Assembly: GCA_051294905.1 (NCBI GenBank)
Contig: CM119385.1
Span: 16,120,001 to 16,184,000, forward strand
Direction of reading: 5' to 3'
Length of the DNA: 64,000 nucleotides
Source: Botryllus schlosseri
Taxonomy: Eukaryota
Shown: positions 1 to 15,100 of the stretch, one piece after another
How positions within the stretch are numbered: position 1 is the stretch's first letter
How the letters are laid out: every line of letters begins with the position of its first letter
Program-made: the position numbers and the translations under genes
Notes under the pieces: model-generated
Database searches by the model: none
Told to the model about the DNA's origin: nothing
Seen by the model: the letters and a program-made list of their open reading frames with translations, nothing else

Positions 1-21
1 AATCTCTACCGGGCCGCGCAC

Positions 22-154
22 CTTGATGATTTCATTGACGTTGGCTTGGCAAGACACTTGATCGTAACTTTCCGGAACTTGCAACAGCGTCGGGCCGAAG
101 CAGACCGCGAGATTGTAGGCGTCCATCATATTTTCGTCGTTGTGCTGGGACAAA
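22..154 (-). CDS. SRGAP: srGAP exon, RhoGAP end
   Basis: LSQHNDENMMDAYNLAVCFGPTLLQVPESYDQVSCQANVNEIIK; donor gtgcg at 21. Confidence 0.96.
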
Positions 155-3100
155 CTGAAACGGAAGCAAATAAGCTGACAACATTGCCGCAATAAAATTT
201 GCCTACAGATGTGTCCCAACATAATCTTCGATTGGGGCAAAATGGAATAAAAAATACCAGTATTTTGGTAACGATTAGCTCATATAGCAGGATTTCTACG
301 AAACTAGGAAGCTGCTCAAAACTACACGTGTAAAAATAGGGCCTCAATTGGGATTCACAAATTGGTTCAAAATCCGGATTAAAAAATCCATCGAATCTGT
401 GAATCAACCTAAAATTTTCACTTGAACACCTGCATAATTTCTAATTAGCCTACCATTACCAAAATACCAATCACGAATCAGATAGCCTATAGTCTATCAT
501 AATTTTTATGGAGACAATTTTAAGAGGTATGCCAACTCGAATTCAAATATCGACTGGCGAAATAGCTATGTCATCATCATGACTGATCCGTGAGTACATG
601 TCCATTTTGGGGACAGGCTCAACAACATCATTGAGGTAACATAAAATGGTTTTCTGCATCACAATGGTGACACCTTCCATAATTATATTTCCATAATAGA
701 TGAAGCATTACTATGCAGCTGTAAAGTCGAGTACGCATGAAGCTAATGAATAGCAGGCATGAGAGATTGATGTAGCAATGTTATGTCTAATAATGTTATG
801 CAACATGTATCAGATCAATTTATGGCGTAATGATGACACCAGCTTCGGAATTTTATGGAACGCTAAATTCAATCACCCTACATCAATATCCCACGCGACT
901 AAATCCGCCCACAAATGACAGTATTATGAATTTGATTCGATGGCGACATAATACCGATCAATATCATTGATCTGACTGCGTGATCACAAGGAAATTATGC
1001 TAAAAATATACAGGACACAAATCATACTTACTGATTGAGGAAAGCAAAAAGGTAACGCATAACCACCAACACGGATTCGGGAATATTTAGAAGCGTCCGT
1101 CGAATACTCTCAACTCTTTTCTCTGAGTCTTGAATATCTGAAGCAAAAAAATTCCGCGTCATTGCATTCGTGTAGATCATCAGCGGGATATGTCCAGGAG
1201 TTTCAAAGCCAACGGAAACAATTTAGTTCAGTTCTCCGGTATATCAAATGGATTTGTTTAGCAGGATTTCTGTGACTCACAACAGTTGTATAAGAAAAGT
1301 CTGTAAACGAAAGTACAGCGCAGATCTTTGATCTTGGCCGGTAATTGGCAGAGACAAGCATGAATCAGGTCTCGAAAACACTTCAGGTTCCGATCGCTTT
1401 TGGATTCACCTGTTCATTACTATTTTCAACTGGACTAGACAGGTTCATCTATCGGACAGAAATTGAGATTGTCCAACAAATTCAGCCTTGAATATCCATG
1501 AATGGCCTAGGTTGCGACTTGGACATTTGCCTGTTGAAGATTTGCAATTCAAAATCATAAATATACTCAATTCCTGGCAAGGGCAACTGCACGTTGTGGC
1601 GTTAACGGTAAACAAAATTGAACCACATCATTTCATGCGCGGAAGTCAATGAAACGTAGTCATCCCCATGAGTCATTGCTTGCCTCCGACCAAATGAGGC
1701 CGCAGTCATAAATCTAAATTACCCTGAGCCAATACAGTTCTGAAGGCAGCAAAAACAAACAGTCTGCATCACTATTGCAGCGCTTATGACAAACGGCTTT
1801 ACATTCAGTGCGACAATGATAACAACGCACATTATGTTCGTCGGTGATCTCACATTGCGTCAATATCACTAAAAAAAAGGTAAGCCTGTCAGATCCTAGC
1901 AACAAACTGAATAGAGAGATGCATACGTCAACTAATCAGGAACAATGAGCTACGATTACATGAATATGCATCACATAAATGAATGCAACTTCACTAGGAC
2001 AATGACTTACTAGTGGCGGCCGTGAAACTTCAGTTCTGCTGCAATCAACTTATAATCAGGGCGATTTTTTTGACATGTCCAAATAAGTTAAAATTGTAGC
2101 GTTAGGTCAAAAAATTGTCAAAATTGTTTGCAAAGTCAAAGTTTCTTTGTAACCTGCATTGTTTGCACTGTCTATGAACCATAGCCTATATAAAGGCTAT
2201 TGATGAACTTATCATTTTACATTTTACAGCTCGTAGCCTGCTTTATAGGCCTACCGTTGTAGACGGCCCATCGTCTGCTCATTGTCAACCATAAACTGTC
2301 AAATCAAACAAATAGGTTGACATGGTGTTATGCTCAACGTACCGCAATATCCTAACTGAAGTAAGACTGCTTGGGCAATGGTTCTTATTTTATGAAGCGC
2401 ATGATGAAAAATTGTGATGCAGACAACATTGTCAGAACGAAGCAACACGGTGTGTCACCAGCAGTGTATGCACAACTTCAGTGTGGCCAGCCAACTGCTG
2501 CTGTTGAACGTTCTATCTGCATTCTTGGCAAGCTATTTAGCACTGTAGGACAGTATCTTTCGCTGCTGTACTACAACAAATTTTAATTATTTTTACCATA
2601 GTGCGTGATGTAACTACTGGAATTTTTCATAGGTCCAGATTTCGTTAAAATAAAGTTTATTCATGAAGAAATTTGAGCAGCTTCTTGGAGGTACAAAACT
2701 TCAATATACAATTGATGATCAATGAAGAAATTTGTCAGTTTTTTGGTCGAATTTTTTTTCTTTCAGGTCAACTACTTCGAAGGACAGACAGTTCCGACCA
2801 GAAATGAAGATTGGTGGCACAATTCTTACATAATGTGGGAAAACACCTAATTTACATATATCAGGTCAAAATTTTGTCAAAATTAAGTTTTTTGAGGTCA
2901 AAAATGTCAAAATTTTGATTTTATAGATGAAAATTTTCTGTTTTTTAGATAAAAAAAATTGCCCCAGTTATAATGTACTGTGTGTTGGCTAGTCCATACA
3001 AAATGCCGGGAGAGTGAGATAGGACATGAAGACCCCACAAGACAGAAGCTTGTATCGCACCCACTGGTTACAAAATCCAGTGTTCAAGCATTCCTCTAAA

Positions 3101-6100
3101 CACAAATGTGCCCGCTGTATGCTGTGAGGTATCTTCACCACACACCTAAAATGCCGGCGTTATTTTCTGCATTGTCACTCATACTGCCAACAATGTAGCC
3201 TTGATAGTCATATAGGAATGAATTGGTGTAGAATCATTTATCGCAGAGGTGAACACTGAACAGCCTATATTAACCTACTGTATACGGATTATATCCCATT
3301 ACTTACTGACGCTTTGTAGCAAATCATCGACGACGTAGCTCGGAAACAATTTCCCGTCGAGCTGTCTGAAATAGAGCTTCAACAGTCCCGCCACAGAGTT
3401 GATGTCGACCTCGTCCTCCCGGGCCGATATCGGATCTTCTCCCCGGTCGAACTGCGTCTTCATCTCCGTGATATCCTGAGTAGGAAAAATAATTGGGAAA
3501 TTAGATATAACTGAATAGCATATTGAAATAAACCAGAATATTTTCCACTGACACTCGTCAGGCGTAATCGTCAGCAACTAGTAGAGAATTGAAAAGAACA
3601 TCGAATATCAACAATCGTATCACAAAATATGACGTCAACAGCATGAATTTTCGAATAATAGAGCGTTCAATGTACTATTTTAAGATGGCAGATAAACTCC
3701 GTTTGTTGGTTCATTCAATATGAGTATACTGTTTGATGTATATTGAAGTTCTGTACCTCCACGAAGCTCTTCAAATAAATATAGTATACAATAGATTGAA
3801 TAAAATATCATTAAATATAACTGCAAAAGCATGAGTTTACAGTAGTTTTGCTTCGCTATCAATTGTTTCGATTAATTACAGCTTTTGTAGTAGGCTAACC
3901 CTAAAAATACGTTTCATGACAAAGTACCATTTAATAGCTTATGCGCAGTACCTCAAATCTTGAAATAAAAAAAATTAAAACAGGCATTTTGATTACAACA
4001 TTAATATGTGCTTGTTTGGGACAAGCAACAGACCCCCTTCGCATGGCATACTGTCCATTTCCCAAAAATCCGAATCCAAAATCGGCCAGGGTCTTGCATG
4101 CGATTGTGTCTAATTATTTGCTATCTTATTCAACAAACCACGGAATAAGAGAAAAAGTCATGCGAGGAACATTTTTCTGAGGTCAACAGCGACATCATGG
4201 ATCCAGAACTTATATGAGAGTATATAGCCTACGCAGCATACAGTGGTCAGTATACCGCATTACTGGGCGGGCATAGGCCTGCATTATTACCTGGTGTGAT
4301 CCCGGCACGCGAAATATCCCTTGATGGTGCATTCCGTACAGGTTAATTACTCTTATACAGCTTTCAACAACAGGAGGTATCGAACAGCCGGTATCCTGAA
4401 CGGTAAAGATACTTTTTCAACTGAACTTCTTGACGGACTCAACAACGCAAAGAACACGTGTGATTAAAATAAAGAATTATTATCGAGCGATGTACATACA
4501 AATCATATTTGTTTTAGTATGATGTTATCGAGATGTGATGATACCATGCTTTACTGTGTAAAATATGATTTTCGAGATCTCTAATAATCCGGACGTGATC
4601 TACGAAAACATGAATTTTCGTGATACGCATGCCGCATGAATAGAAATGAAGGCGGGCGTCAAAAATTACTGAGGATGTGGAAATGTATAAAGTGGAATTG
4701 ACAATTTGGCTGAAATGGAATATCAAAGTCCACTCCACATCCCCTCGTATTTGACTGTGGCCGAATTCTTGTACGCCAAACAAGTTATGCTTACGTAGGG
4801 ATGGTGTGATGATATAAAAGCGGTTATGTAAACATTCGTGCTGTAAACCACACACACACTGCCGGTATGTTAAAAATAGCCCGAAAATGTCTACCTACGG
4901 CAGCCGTTAATCAATAAAAACTGGAACGAAGGCATCGCCACAAACTTTAAATGCCACACGATATTCGGTTGACAATCCAATTTGCCTCTACACAAGTTCA
5001 CTTATTTTCAAATTAGGCAGAAACGCGAAACAATAGGTTTCCTTCCTAAGCTATACAGTCATAATAGGGTATCTTATTGCTGGCAAGACTTTCACCGTGG
5101 TGCACCATGTCAAGATTTATATGCATAATAAAGCTAAACCTATATCCGTTTGACAAACTACATCCTACAATAAACTAATATCCGCTTTCAATAACACAAT
5201 TCAAAACATTAGGCCTATACGAGATGAAAACTTGGCCAATTTACGAAAACAGTTTTAGTTAAAGCAGTCTTGACACCAGTTTTCTCTGACATGATATTAT
5301 GACAATCAATATGTGTGTTTGCATGGCCATTTTAGTTGGCCAATGGCCATAGTGCTTGTTTACACATATCTAGAACCAATGCGTTGCGATTGAAGAAATG
5401 TTTTATAGAAAATCATGCGGTGACCTTTCAGGTTTCAGTGACTAGCAACTACAAAGATAAAGCCATATAGGGGAGACAAGATGGTAGGTGAAACTTAGAA
5501 AGTGAATCATCCTATGTAGGTGCAGCGCTTGACTACATCAGTACAGCTCAGCCATGTTGACATGCACGTTATTCTTGTAAGAGTTGCAACCGCATTGCAC
5601 GAAGCATGTCTCATGTTAACTATTCAAAGCAATAATGTACGTATCAGAATGGTATCTACTGTATGAAATTCAGACCTTCAGTAGAACCAGTTATGAATAA
5701 TATGGATATGACCACTACAAAATATCACAAACGCCAAGTTATTCAAGCATAAATATGTTACTTAAAGTCAGACATACTGGTGTTAATTTACAGTCAATAT
5801 TTATAACTACATCACCTGTGAATCAATATAATATGAAGATTGTCTCTACTCGTGAAACTCACATTAGCATTGCAATGAAAAATGTGTAGTTTATCTCTAG
5901 TCATCTGTGAAACAGGTGACAATGCCTCTACATTGGGGGTGGGCAAAGAATTTTAATCAAGTTATGCTATTTGGCAATTGGTTAAGCTTTCAAGGAGGGA
6001 ATAAACATATTCAAGTACAGTATGCACATTACATAGTGCTTGGAGTGGATCTACGAACATAACGCAATACAGGTCACTATACAGCGATCAAATTAATTTC

Positions 6101-9100
6101 AAAAAGATCCCGCATCTGAATTGGACTCGGCTCAAAAATTGCAAATTCTTCAACACCGCTGAATTCGATTTCCCACGCCTATCAAATTTGTCTATTTTAG
6201 TTGTGGGCCAAGAAGACGTCTTGTAACCATTCAGCCTAATGGGCAAAGTGCGCCACTCGAACATGGAGTATGCCAGCCAGCCGGTAAGCACCCCAAGAAT
6301 GCATCAAGTGGCAACCAATAACGGGTGCAAGTGCCATTTAAGGTGAAGATATTATCAATTTGTGGCCAAAATATCTAAAGGCTGATTTGATCATACATTC
6401 AAGAGCAGAGCTAATAATTTCAAATTGTCAAGTTCTGTTCGCCAGCTAGTAGCGGCTAAAATTCATCCACATATTTCTCGTGACGTGTTAAATGTAGATT
6501 AAACCAAAATTAAGAAACTGGCATAACCCCTTATACAGTAGACATCCTAACTAATGTCAATACCTGACACCCTTTGTAAATTATGTAGAGTAACTCATAT
6601 TGGAATTTGCTAATAAATATTTGAAGGGCGGCCTACCCTACCAAGGGCAGTTCCAGGGTTAGCAAATATTTGCACAAAGAGCAATAGAAAATAGGGGGTA
6701 TCATGCCATCCGATTGAAACACCTGAGGATGCAGATTTAAATGGATAGGAATTTGTGTCAAAACAAGAAAAGATTTTAAATTAATTTGATTTCGACTTAA
6801 CTACAAATGAATGACCGACTAGGGACATACATTTTTATACCCATCAGTATAAGACATGAATCGTAAGACACAAATTCTCTCCAGTCTCACTACTGGTGCA
6901 CCACTAATGAAAAGATTAATGAAGAACTATTGCAATAACGCGGATATGGGTAAGCTACAGTAAAATAGCCAGGAAAAATGTGGCTCGGTAAATCATGCTG
7001 CACTTTACGACTAAGAGATATTTTGTAGCACGCAAAAGCTAGAAATTAGGCAATTCGTGTTTGCCAAGAAATCTTGACACCCCTGCCATGTGAAGAATCA
7101 CTGGCAAGGGCAGAGTTCAAATTCTCAAACAAGATCGAGCACACAACTACTGATTACAATAACATCTCCCAAAGTCACTTCACCATGTAATCGATAGCAT
7201 TCCGCCTAATGTTTAAAATCTAGAGATCGTCAATGATATCGAAATAAAAATCGGTAGCAGGCATGGTGAATTTATCAATGGCACGAGAAAGCAAACATTA
7301 GATAAGCATCAGCATCCGTTGTTATCGTTAATAACAATCTTATTAAGAGCGAGCATTCGGCATTCCTCGTTTCGTATACAAGCGTCCTCCTACCTGAGGT
7401 TTTCTGTACGTATGCTTTGGCCTAAGGTAGCATGAAAAATGGAAAGACAAATTAGCACGACGTAAACGACAAGCAAAAACCCAAAGCCGGCACACGCCGC
7501 CCTAAAAGATCTGAGGTGTGTTGTCAAGTATCGCTAAAAGCAGTGTGCCAGCAGTGGGCGAGGGGTACCTTGATGTACTGCTCCATGTTGCTGGCGAAAT
7601 GGCTTTTCACAGTAGTTCTGACCACCATGCTCATTCTGGAGCTACGCTTGCCGATCGTGCCCTTCTTGGATTGTTGAAATTTGATCGTACTGAGTTCAAA
7701 ATCAAGAGCACGTGGTGAATGTCATAAATCCCCGGGTCGCACGCGGAGTAATTGCGTGCGCGGCGTAAAAAAAAGGTCAAGTGACACAGGAACCATGCCA
7801 GCAGAACGACCACAACATGAATAGGGACCCACGTATATCATCATTGAATACATCGAATCCAATTCAATAAAATACCAGTCGTATCAGTGAATCGGTATGT
7901 TTAACTTTTTCAAAGTAAAAGATTGCAAAATATTTAAAACTTGGTTTCAGCTGGGCAATGGCAGGCGATGTGGGTGGACAAAAGTATTGAACGAAGCAAA
8001 ATCAAGCACTGTCACACATATCAAACAATTCGCTGTTACATCGTTAAAAACATTAAATAAGGAAATACCTAACGCCAGAACTTTGGATGTAATCCAAGCC
8101 AACAAAAACCAACAACCACACAGCGGACGGATTGATTGATTGATCAACGCGCGGCTGCTAAGGTCGTGTTTATGCAAAGCCATGAATATCACGACAAGCA
8201 TGAAATATTACGTTGGCAATCTGTCGTACGAAACATGACATTCAACAAAAAGCATGAATCGAGCTGGAAATGCGCGAACAGTCGGATATCTACATCAGTG
8301 ACGTTAGCAGCACTTTTAGGATCTTTCGGTACCAGTAAATTTGCTTATGATCGAAAATTCTCTCAAGACACCCACAGATGGACCTACTTCGCCATGTGGC
8401 TTAACCTGCACGCTAAACAATCGTAAGAAAGGCAGCAATATCAATGCCAACACCATTGCAGCCATTAAAATACCCGCTGATTTAAAGCCACATTAACAAC
8501 TGCAAACAGCATATAGGTTACACATCATCAATAATCCGTTAAAGGGCTTTAATAACAGCATTTACTCAGGGTAATAACCAGAACGGGAGACCCGCGCGAC
8601 CCTACGAGCTGTTTGCAGATCAAGACTTTTAACTGAAAGGATGGATAATCCAGAATAATCATGCCTGAGAACATCATCATTTGCAACCGACAAATCCAGC
8701 ACCAGCATTTAGCGATGCAACAGGCATTTGATAAAATCTCTGCAGGGTCCAAAATATCCGAAAATAGGGATTGATCGGATCGGAAAAGTAATGAAAAAGT
8801 ACCTGCTGATTGTGTTGGCTCCTTCGAGGTCAGTGGTGGCGCCTGAAATAAGTGTGGGATCAATGAAAGCAACCATCATCACACAAACAATGCAAATGAT
8901 TATTATATCAATACGGTTGTGAGTGTATTATCAGTTTTACTGTAAGTATTGACAATAATAATTCCTAAAATTTTACTTCATTCTCGCCATTTTCCTGAGG
9001 AAGCATGCTGTTCTACGGATAGTGTGTGAATTATAATAATAACAACAATGATTATACAAAATCGCCATGAAACATGATGCTATGAGTATTATTATCAAGG

Positions 9101-12100
9101 CAATTCGACCACATCCTATCAATATCATTTGATGTGGAATATCTGTTCGGCACGGTACAAAAATATATTTTACTTCATTCTGCGTTAGACACATTCTACC
9201 TCAATATGACACTCCAGTCGACCGAAATGTCCTAATGCATTGCACTGAAAATCTCACCTACATATCGCAACCATGACTCCAATAGCCTATTAATACGACG
9301 CAAGGGGGTACGCATCTCAAACCAGCAAAAAATGTCCGGCTTTGCACTTCGCAACACTACATTCCTACAAAGTCCCATGTCAAGCAGTGCTGACCATTTA
9401 GCGAGTGTCAGAACAATTCATCAACTAAAAATGAGCATGTATCGGTCTGACAGTTATTACAGCTGAGATCAGTGACAACTGACAAACCATGCAATGAATG
9501 GTCCAGCGGATCAATCATCGACTGCACACAATCAAAGCTGCCGTCAATAACCCTATATCGATCAACCAACTTGGAAGTTGTATTTTCTCAGTCTAGTCAT
9601 AATGACAAAAGAAAGAATAGAGCCAAACATGATTAAACTGTAGGATAGGATCACTAGATTTGAAATATAAACCAACGCAGTGTACTATAGCCACAGAATG
9701 TCTAAAAATCAATTATTTGTTTCAACCTTCATAATATCGGCGAACAAATTGGATAATTGAGACTAGCGCACCATTTGAACAGTATAGCGCGTAGGCTGTA
9801 ACGTCAAGTCTGTGTGTAATTTTTGACATAAAAATTGGCAATTCTACCGTCGACCAACCTGTGCAGTGTACACAATTAATTCACTGCTTCCCAACGCCCC
9901 ATTAAAATTATCATATAAAAGTCTCTAGATATCTAAACATTATATATCAGAACTGTTTCTATCAACGTTCCGTTCTCTCAATAGGGACACACCTAGCATT
10001 AAAACGTAGTGCTCCAAACAGACTTTTGGGTAATTTGGGTTAAACTACTCAGACAAATGACAGAATGCACACTGTGACAGTGACGAGAAAAGTCGGAAAC
10101 GTTACCTTCTTCCAGCGCTTGCTGAAGCAATTTCTTCTTGACTTGGAGCTTCTTCAGCTGACTGCTCTTTTCAAGGAATTCCTTAAATTTCTGAAACGAA
10201 ATGAGGAGCCACTCAATGACACTGGTAAGGCGGTGGTTTCACCAGTAGTATATGCACGTGCAACTTGCACCGTGATAGTCAATGAAAAATTAAACTAACA
10301 AGGTACTAAACACCAAACCTGAATATAAAAATCTTCATTATCTTCAATCTTCGCTCGCGTGCTTGTCACCTCCTTGCTGAGAAAAGGTTCGATGGGGTGC
10401 GGGTAAGTGGGCGACGTGGGACCCCCGCCGACTCTCGTGACGTCGGGGGTGAAAACAGTCTCGAGATTGTGCTTCAGGGATTCCGCCTGTTTCTGTATTC
10501 CCTCGGTGGTAGCTGACAAGGTTTTTTTCAACTACAAAACAAACAGTGATAAATTACACTGCAAGCATTCCACGCCCAACACGAAATAACTTCAGCACTA
10601 TAATCCAATCTTTCCAACAAGATTTATGAACATAGATTGAATAAAACACTATGCGACGTTAAGCAAACATTAATAAATTTACAGAGGCAGACACACTTTT
10701 TGACACTTTGTTGACAGTCAGTTAAGACCAGCGTGTTGGTTGTGGTATTAACACGAAGACTTAGTACTATAATCCAATTCAATCAATATGCAAGTATGCT
10801 TTGTTTTTCAACATTACCGGGACCAATATTGGAACTCGTGTATAGGTAAATTCTGTCAGATTCACAACCCATTACACAAGCCAGCGTGTTAAAATCTCAC
10901 CTCATCATCGTCGATGACCATCTGCTGCACCGTCTTTTCGATGTCTTGATAACGCTTGTCGGCTTCGCGCTGCAACTGAACCTGCCCGAGCGTGACCTGG
11001 CTCACTTGATCGCCATCGTGTGGAGAAAACACAAATTCCGGCGGAATCGAGAACTGGTTGTGGTTGTTCTCCAGGAATCTGCGGGATTTCGAAACGAGTT
11101 ACGCGCGGAGCTTTCCGTGATATGCTGCATTCTGATGGTGGGCACCAGCGTCACTTCGTAGGATTAGGATTAAACATATAAGCTTGAAGGCGGAAAATTT
11201 CCGCCACCATATTATGTGACAAGCAATAAAACCCTACACAAATCACAACATAGTACTTGGCAACACAAATAACCACACACCGAGTTTCACAGTTGCCATT
11301 ACTTGTGTGATCTATCAGATATCAAAGACTAGCCACCACGCATGGCATAGTCCTGATCCTGATAAGCTGGTAACCAACAGATGTAACTCATTCAGGACAC
11401 ACTGGGCCTAAACTGTAAACACAGTTACAATAAGGAATCAAGAGTCATTTAAAAAGGAAGCCCAGCTGACGATTGATTGAGACAAAATATACGCAGACTG
11501 CAGAGGGAACAGTCAGATCGCAATAAGTTGAATAATAACATAACCAGCCGCCATCATGTACCTTGACTGATCCGCTTTGCGATCGAGCTCTTCGACGGTT
11601 TTTCGAAATGCCGCTACAGATTGCATTCTAGCCTCATTTGCCAATACCTCCATGTCATCGTAAGCCTTCCACGTTCGATTCAAAGATTCATGATATCCGA
11701 GGCTCTTGGCCTGAAAACAAATGATCAAAATGCATCTTTAATGCTTACGAAATCGGTATAGTGGTGGACTATAGAAGATCTAATTTTCACAGTAGCCTAC
11801 ATAATGATTGGATTGAAATTGGTGTTAGAGCAAGGGTTCAGATGAGCAAAGGAAAGATATAGGCTACAGAGTCATGAGATGATACCAGAGTCAAGGTTAA
11901 CACATAGGAGTGTTCATGACTGACTGAAAAGTGTAAGCAATTCAAACCAGAAATACATCAAAAGCAAATGTTATCACCGGAATTATAGATTGATTGACAC
12001 TGCCATGGGTAACATGACGAAGTCTCCCCAAAATACAAATTAAAGGAAGAATGTCAAGATTAACAGCAAAGAGGCTACCAAGTGTGCCTCGCGTGATTCA

Positions 12101-15100
12101 GGTTCAAGCAAATATGAATTATTTTGCGCTGCAGCAAAGCACAATTCTCACTTAAGAGTAAACACACAACCTCTTCCCAACATCCAGTGAAAATTGAATT
12201 CTAATTCACCAGAATTAACAGATTGACCTCAATTATGGTGATGGAATGCCTTTTTCGTTCCAATACATCACCATTAATGCATAATTTCAACTACATGCAT
12301 ATAAACTAGGTTTACGCCTCTACGCCTCTATTTCATAGGAATTACAGGCAAGAGATTTCCAACATTATTCGAATATCTTTCACAAATTTTCCTTTCAGTA
12401 TGGATCACAAAGCTCAAACTTTGTGATTAATATTAGACCAATATTTTCAACCACAATGTAAATAGTAGCTACAAGAGATTATCCAAAAGAGACAGGTATT
12501 AGAATATGTGTTATTCCTTAGATACGCAACCATGGTATGTGACGATTGGGTCTTAACAATCTTATAGAAGTTTCTAAGTGACACTTATGCCACACACACT
12601 AGTTGCCACACTGATTAAGGATCGAAGAAACCTCGGCGAAAAAGGGCACACTTTTCTCGGAATTCATGGTATCTCTGTGAATTACAGGAGATAACGGTCT
12701 ACCTTCACATCACAAGGCTGACTCCACAACGACAAACCGAACACTTCCGTTGTCGTAGCTTCAGGACATCTTACTGACAGATAAATGTTCTCGAGACATG
12801 ACAATATGAAGTAGCAATGAATGAGACTCCAGATAAAGATTGACACTCTCCGATTGGCTAGGATTACAGGTTAAAAGGTCAAAAAAACTCATTCATTATC
12901 AATATAGACTTTGACAGCCATACTAAAACTTCGGAATTGGACTCCGAGAAAACAAATATATCACCAGTACTGTTACAATATAAGGATGGAAGTAAACAAA
13001 AATATCACTATATGACAACAAGGCAATAGTATTGATATTAAATACTAAGATTGATTAGTGCAGTAATCCGAATTACAGTTACTGATTCCATTAAGGAAAG
13101 CTTGCACGAAGTATCAATCTGCCTCGCCAGGCCTTCATTTCAAAGAAAGCTTGACAATATAATATCTAATGCCAGAGAATATGGAGCAAATTGAAGGCTT
13201 ATCACAACAGTGACCTTGTATAGGAAAGCAACAATCATCTACAAAGTTCAAACCTTTCCACCCCTGCAAAAGTGCCATCCCAACAAAAGCGCTCATAGTA
13301 GAACAGGTAATCACGACAAAAGTCAACAAGCATAGCAAAACTGTTGATGCTTCAAAGGCATTCTGGACGTTGCCGTTCTAATAGGATTGACTTATTTTAG
13401 CTAGCTCGAAAGTCCTGTGCACATTAGGAATGGAATGCAGACATTCCTTAGGAAATGAATCTGTGACGATTTGTCAACAAGGCGTACAAATACAAAATCA
13501 TTTGCGGGCACGCTGAATGACAACATAAATTCAATGGTGGAATTTTGCAACCGACACATCATGTTCACAGAATAGGCTAACGCAGACCCTGATGAACTTC
13601 AATATCTCACACTTGCACTTATTGATTGCTGGTAATTACTAAGCCTGTGGTGAGCTCGGGTACTAGAACCAAAATGCAGCAGTAATATTGTGTTTCTCAG
13701 GCGCTAATACAAACACGCAGGACGCAGGAATCCACGTTACGATGTTTGTACAGTTGCCGGGTTTAGGTATATTTGTAATTATTGCCAATAAGACAGAGTT
13801 TGGCATCCAGAATATTTGGAGAAAAGATGTGATGCCGTGAACTATCTGATGTTTGCTGTAGTTCTGAGATAGTTTAGTGACTTGGTCCTCCTTGTATGCC
13901 TACCAAATTACAACTTTGTAGACAAAACCCAGGAAAGGCTGGCTAGCTAGGAGGGTAGATTGAATATTGAGATAGTCGGATTACGTACCAAATAAATTTC
14001 TCTAAGTACTGGCACCTGACAACAGTCCCTAGATTGTAAAGCTTGACAATTAAAACCGTAAGTCTTCACCCGTACGAGAGAAAATATAACCCAGACTCAC
14101 GTTCAAAATACCAGCTATATCGGCGGTGTAATACTTGTCGATTGTTGCATTCGTGGCTTCCAGTTGCATCAAATATTCGTTCCTCGCTTTGATCGACTTC
14201 AATTTGTTTTCAGAGTATTTCTGCGACCTCTGAAGCGTCGTCAACACGCCGTCAAGATCCGGGACACGAGAAACAACGTGCGTACAAGTGGGAGCTTACC
14301 TTTTCGCGGAGTTTATCCAGTTTTTTAAATGAAGACGACCTTTTTGCTTTCGGGTCCATATTTGGCGACTCCCCTCCTTTGTCAGCTCTTTTTTCAAACT
14401 GGACAAAAATTGACTCATAACTAATTCATTATAAATACCAAAACTACAATTCCCGTTGATTATTGGAAAGGTGTGTATAATTTCGTTACCAAGAAAATAC
14501 TGAGTCTCATTAGCCTACCACATACTAGCCAGGTGACAATTCAGAAAAGAGCAATTTAATCAACCTATCACGTCTTGTTATCAAAACATTACACTGGGCC
14601 ATTAAGATCTAAATGTCGGGCAAGGGAGAATATTAGCAACCACCGAACAGTCCATAAAGGAAGGAAACTCTTTCCTTTGAAGTTGAATTGTTGGTAATTA
14701 TGACATCAAAAGGTCCGTTCGAACCATCTGGATGATGACAAGCTTAACCAGACTCTGCAACAATAGAACTAAACCATTGACCATCTATAAGGCAACATTC
14801 TTTAGCCTATGCCTACAATTCATGACTCTTGGTACCATAGTCAACGATACGCGATCGGGTTAAAATTAGTGAGTTGGCACTACACAAGGCGTTACTTGAC
14901 AAACATTCCTCATAAAGTCTAGCCTAGGGTAATATCCCGTGTTAATCTGAACTTGGGTCATATAATCCTAACAACTTCACAATAATGTAGGTTATTGTTT
15001 TCATAATGCATTCCAACGGCGCTTTGTTACTTGATATCTCAACAGCATCAAATACCTACCATGGTAAATTTTTGAAGTGCGAGTTTGACAACAGCTAGCT

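Noticed and set aside
13240-13380. LINE RT relic (…TVDASKAFW)
   Set aside because: A single motif resembling DxSKAFD with poorly matching flanks; not enough to call.
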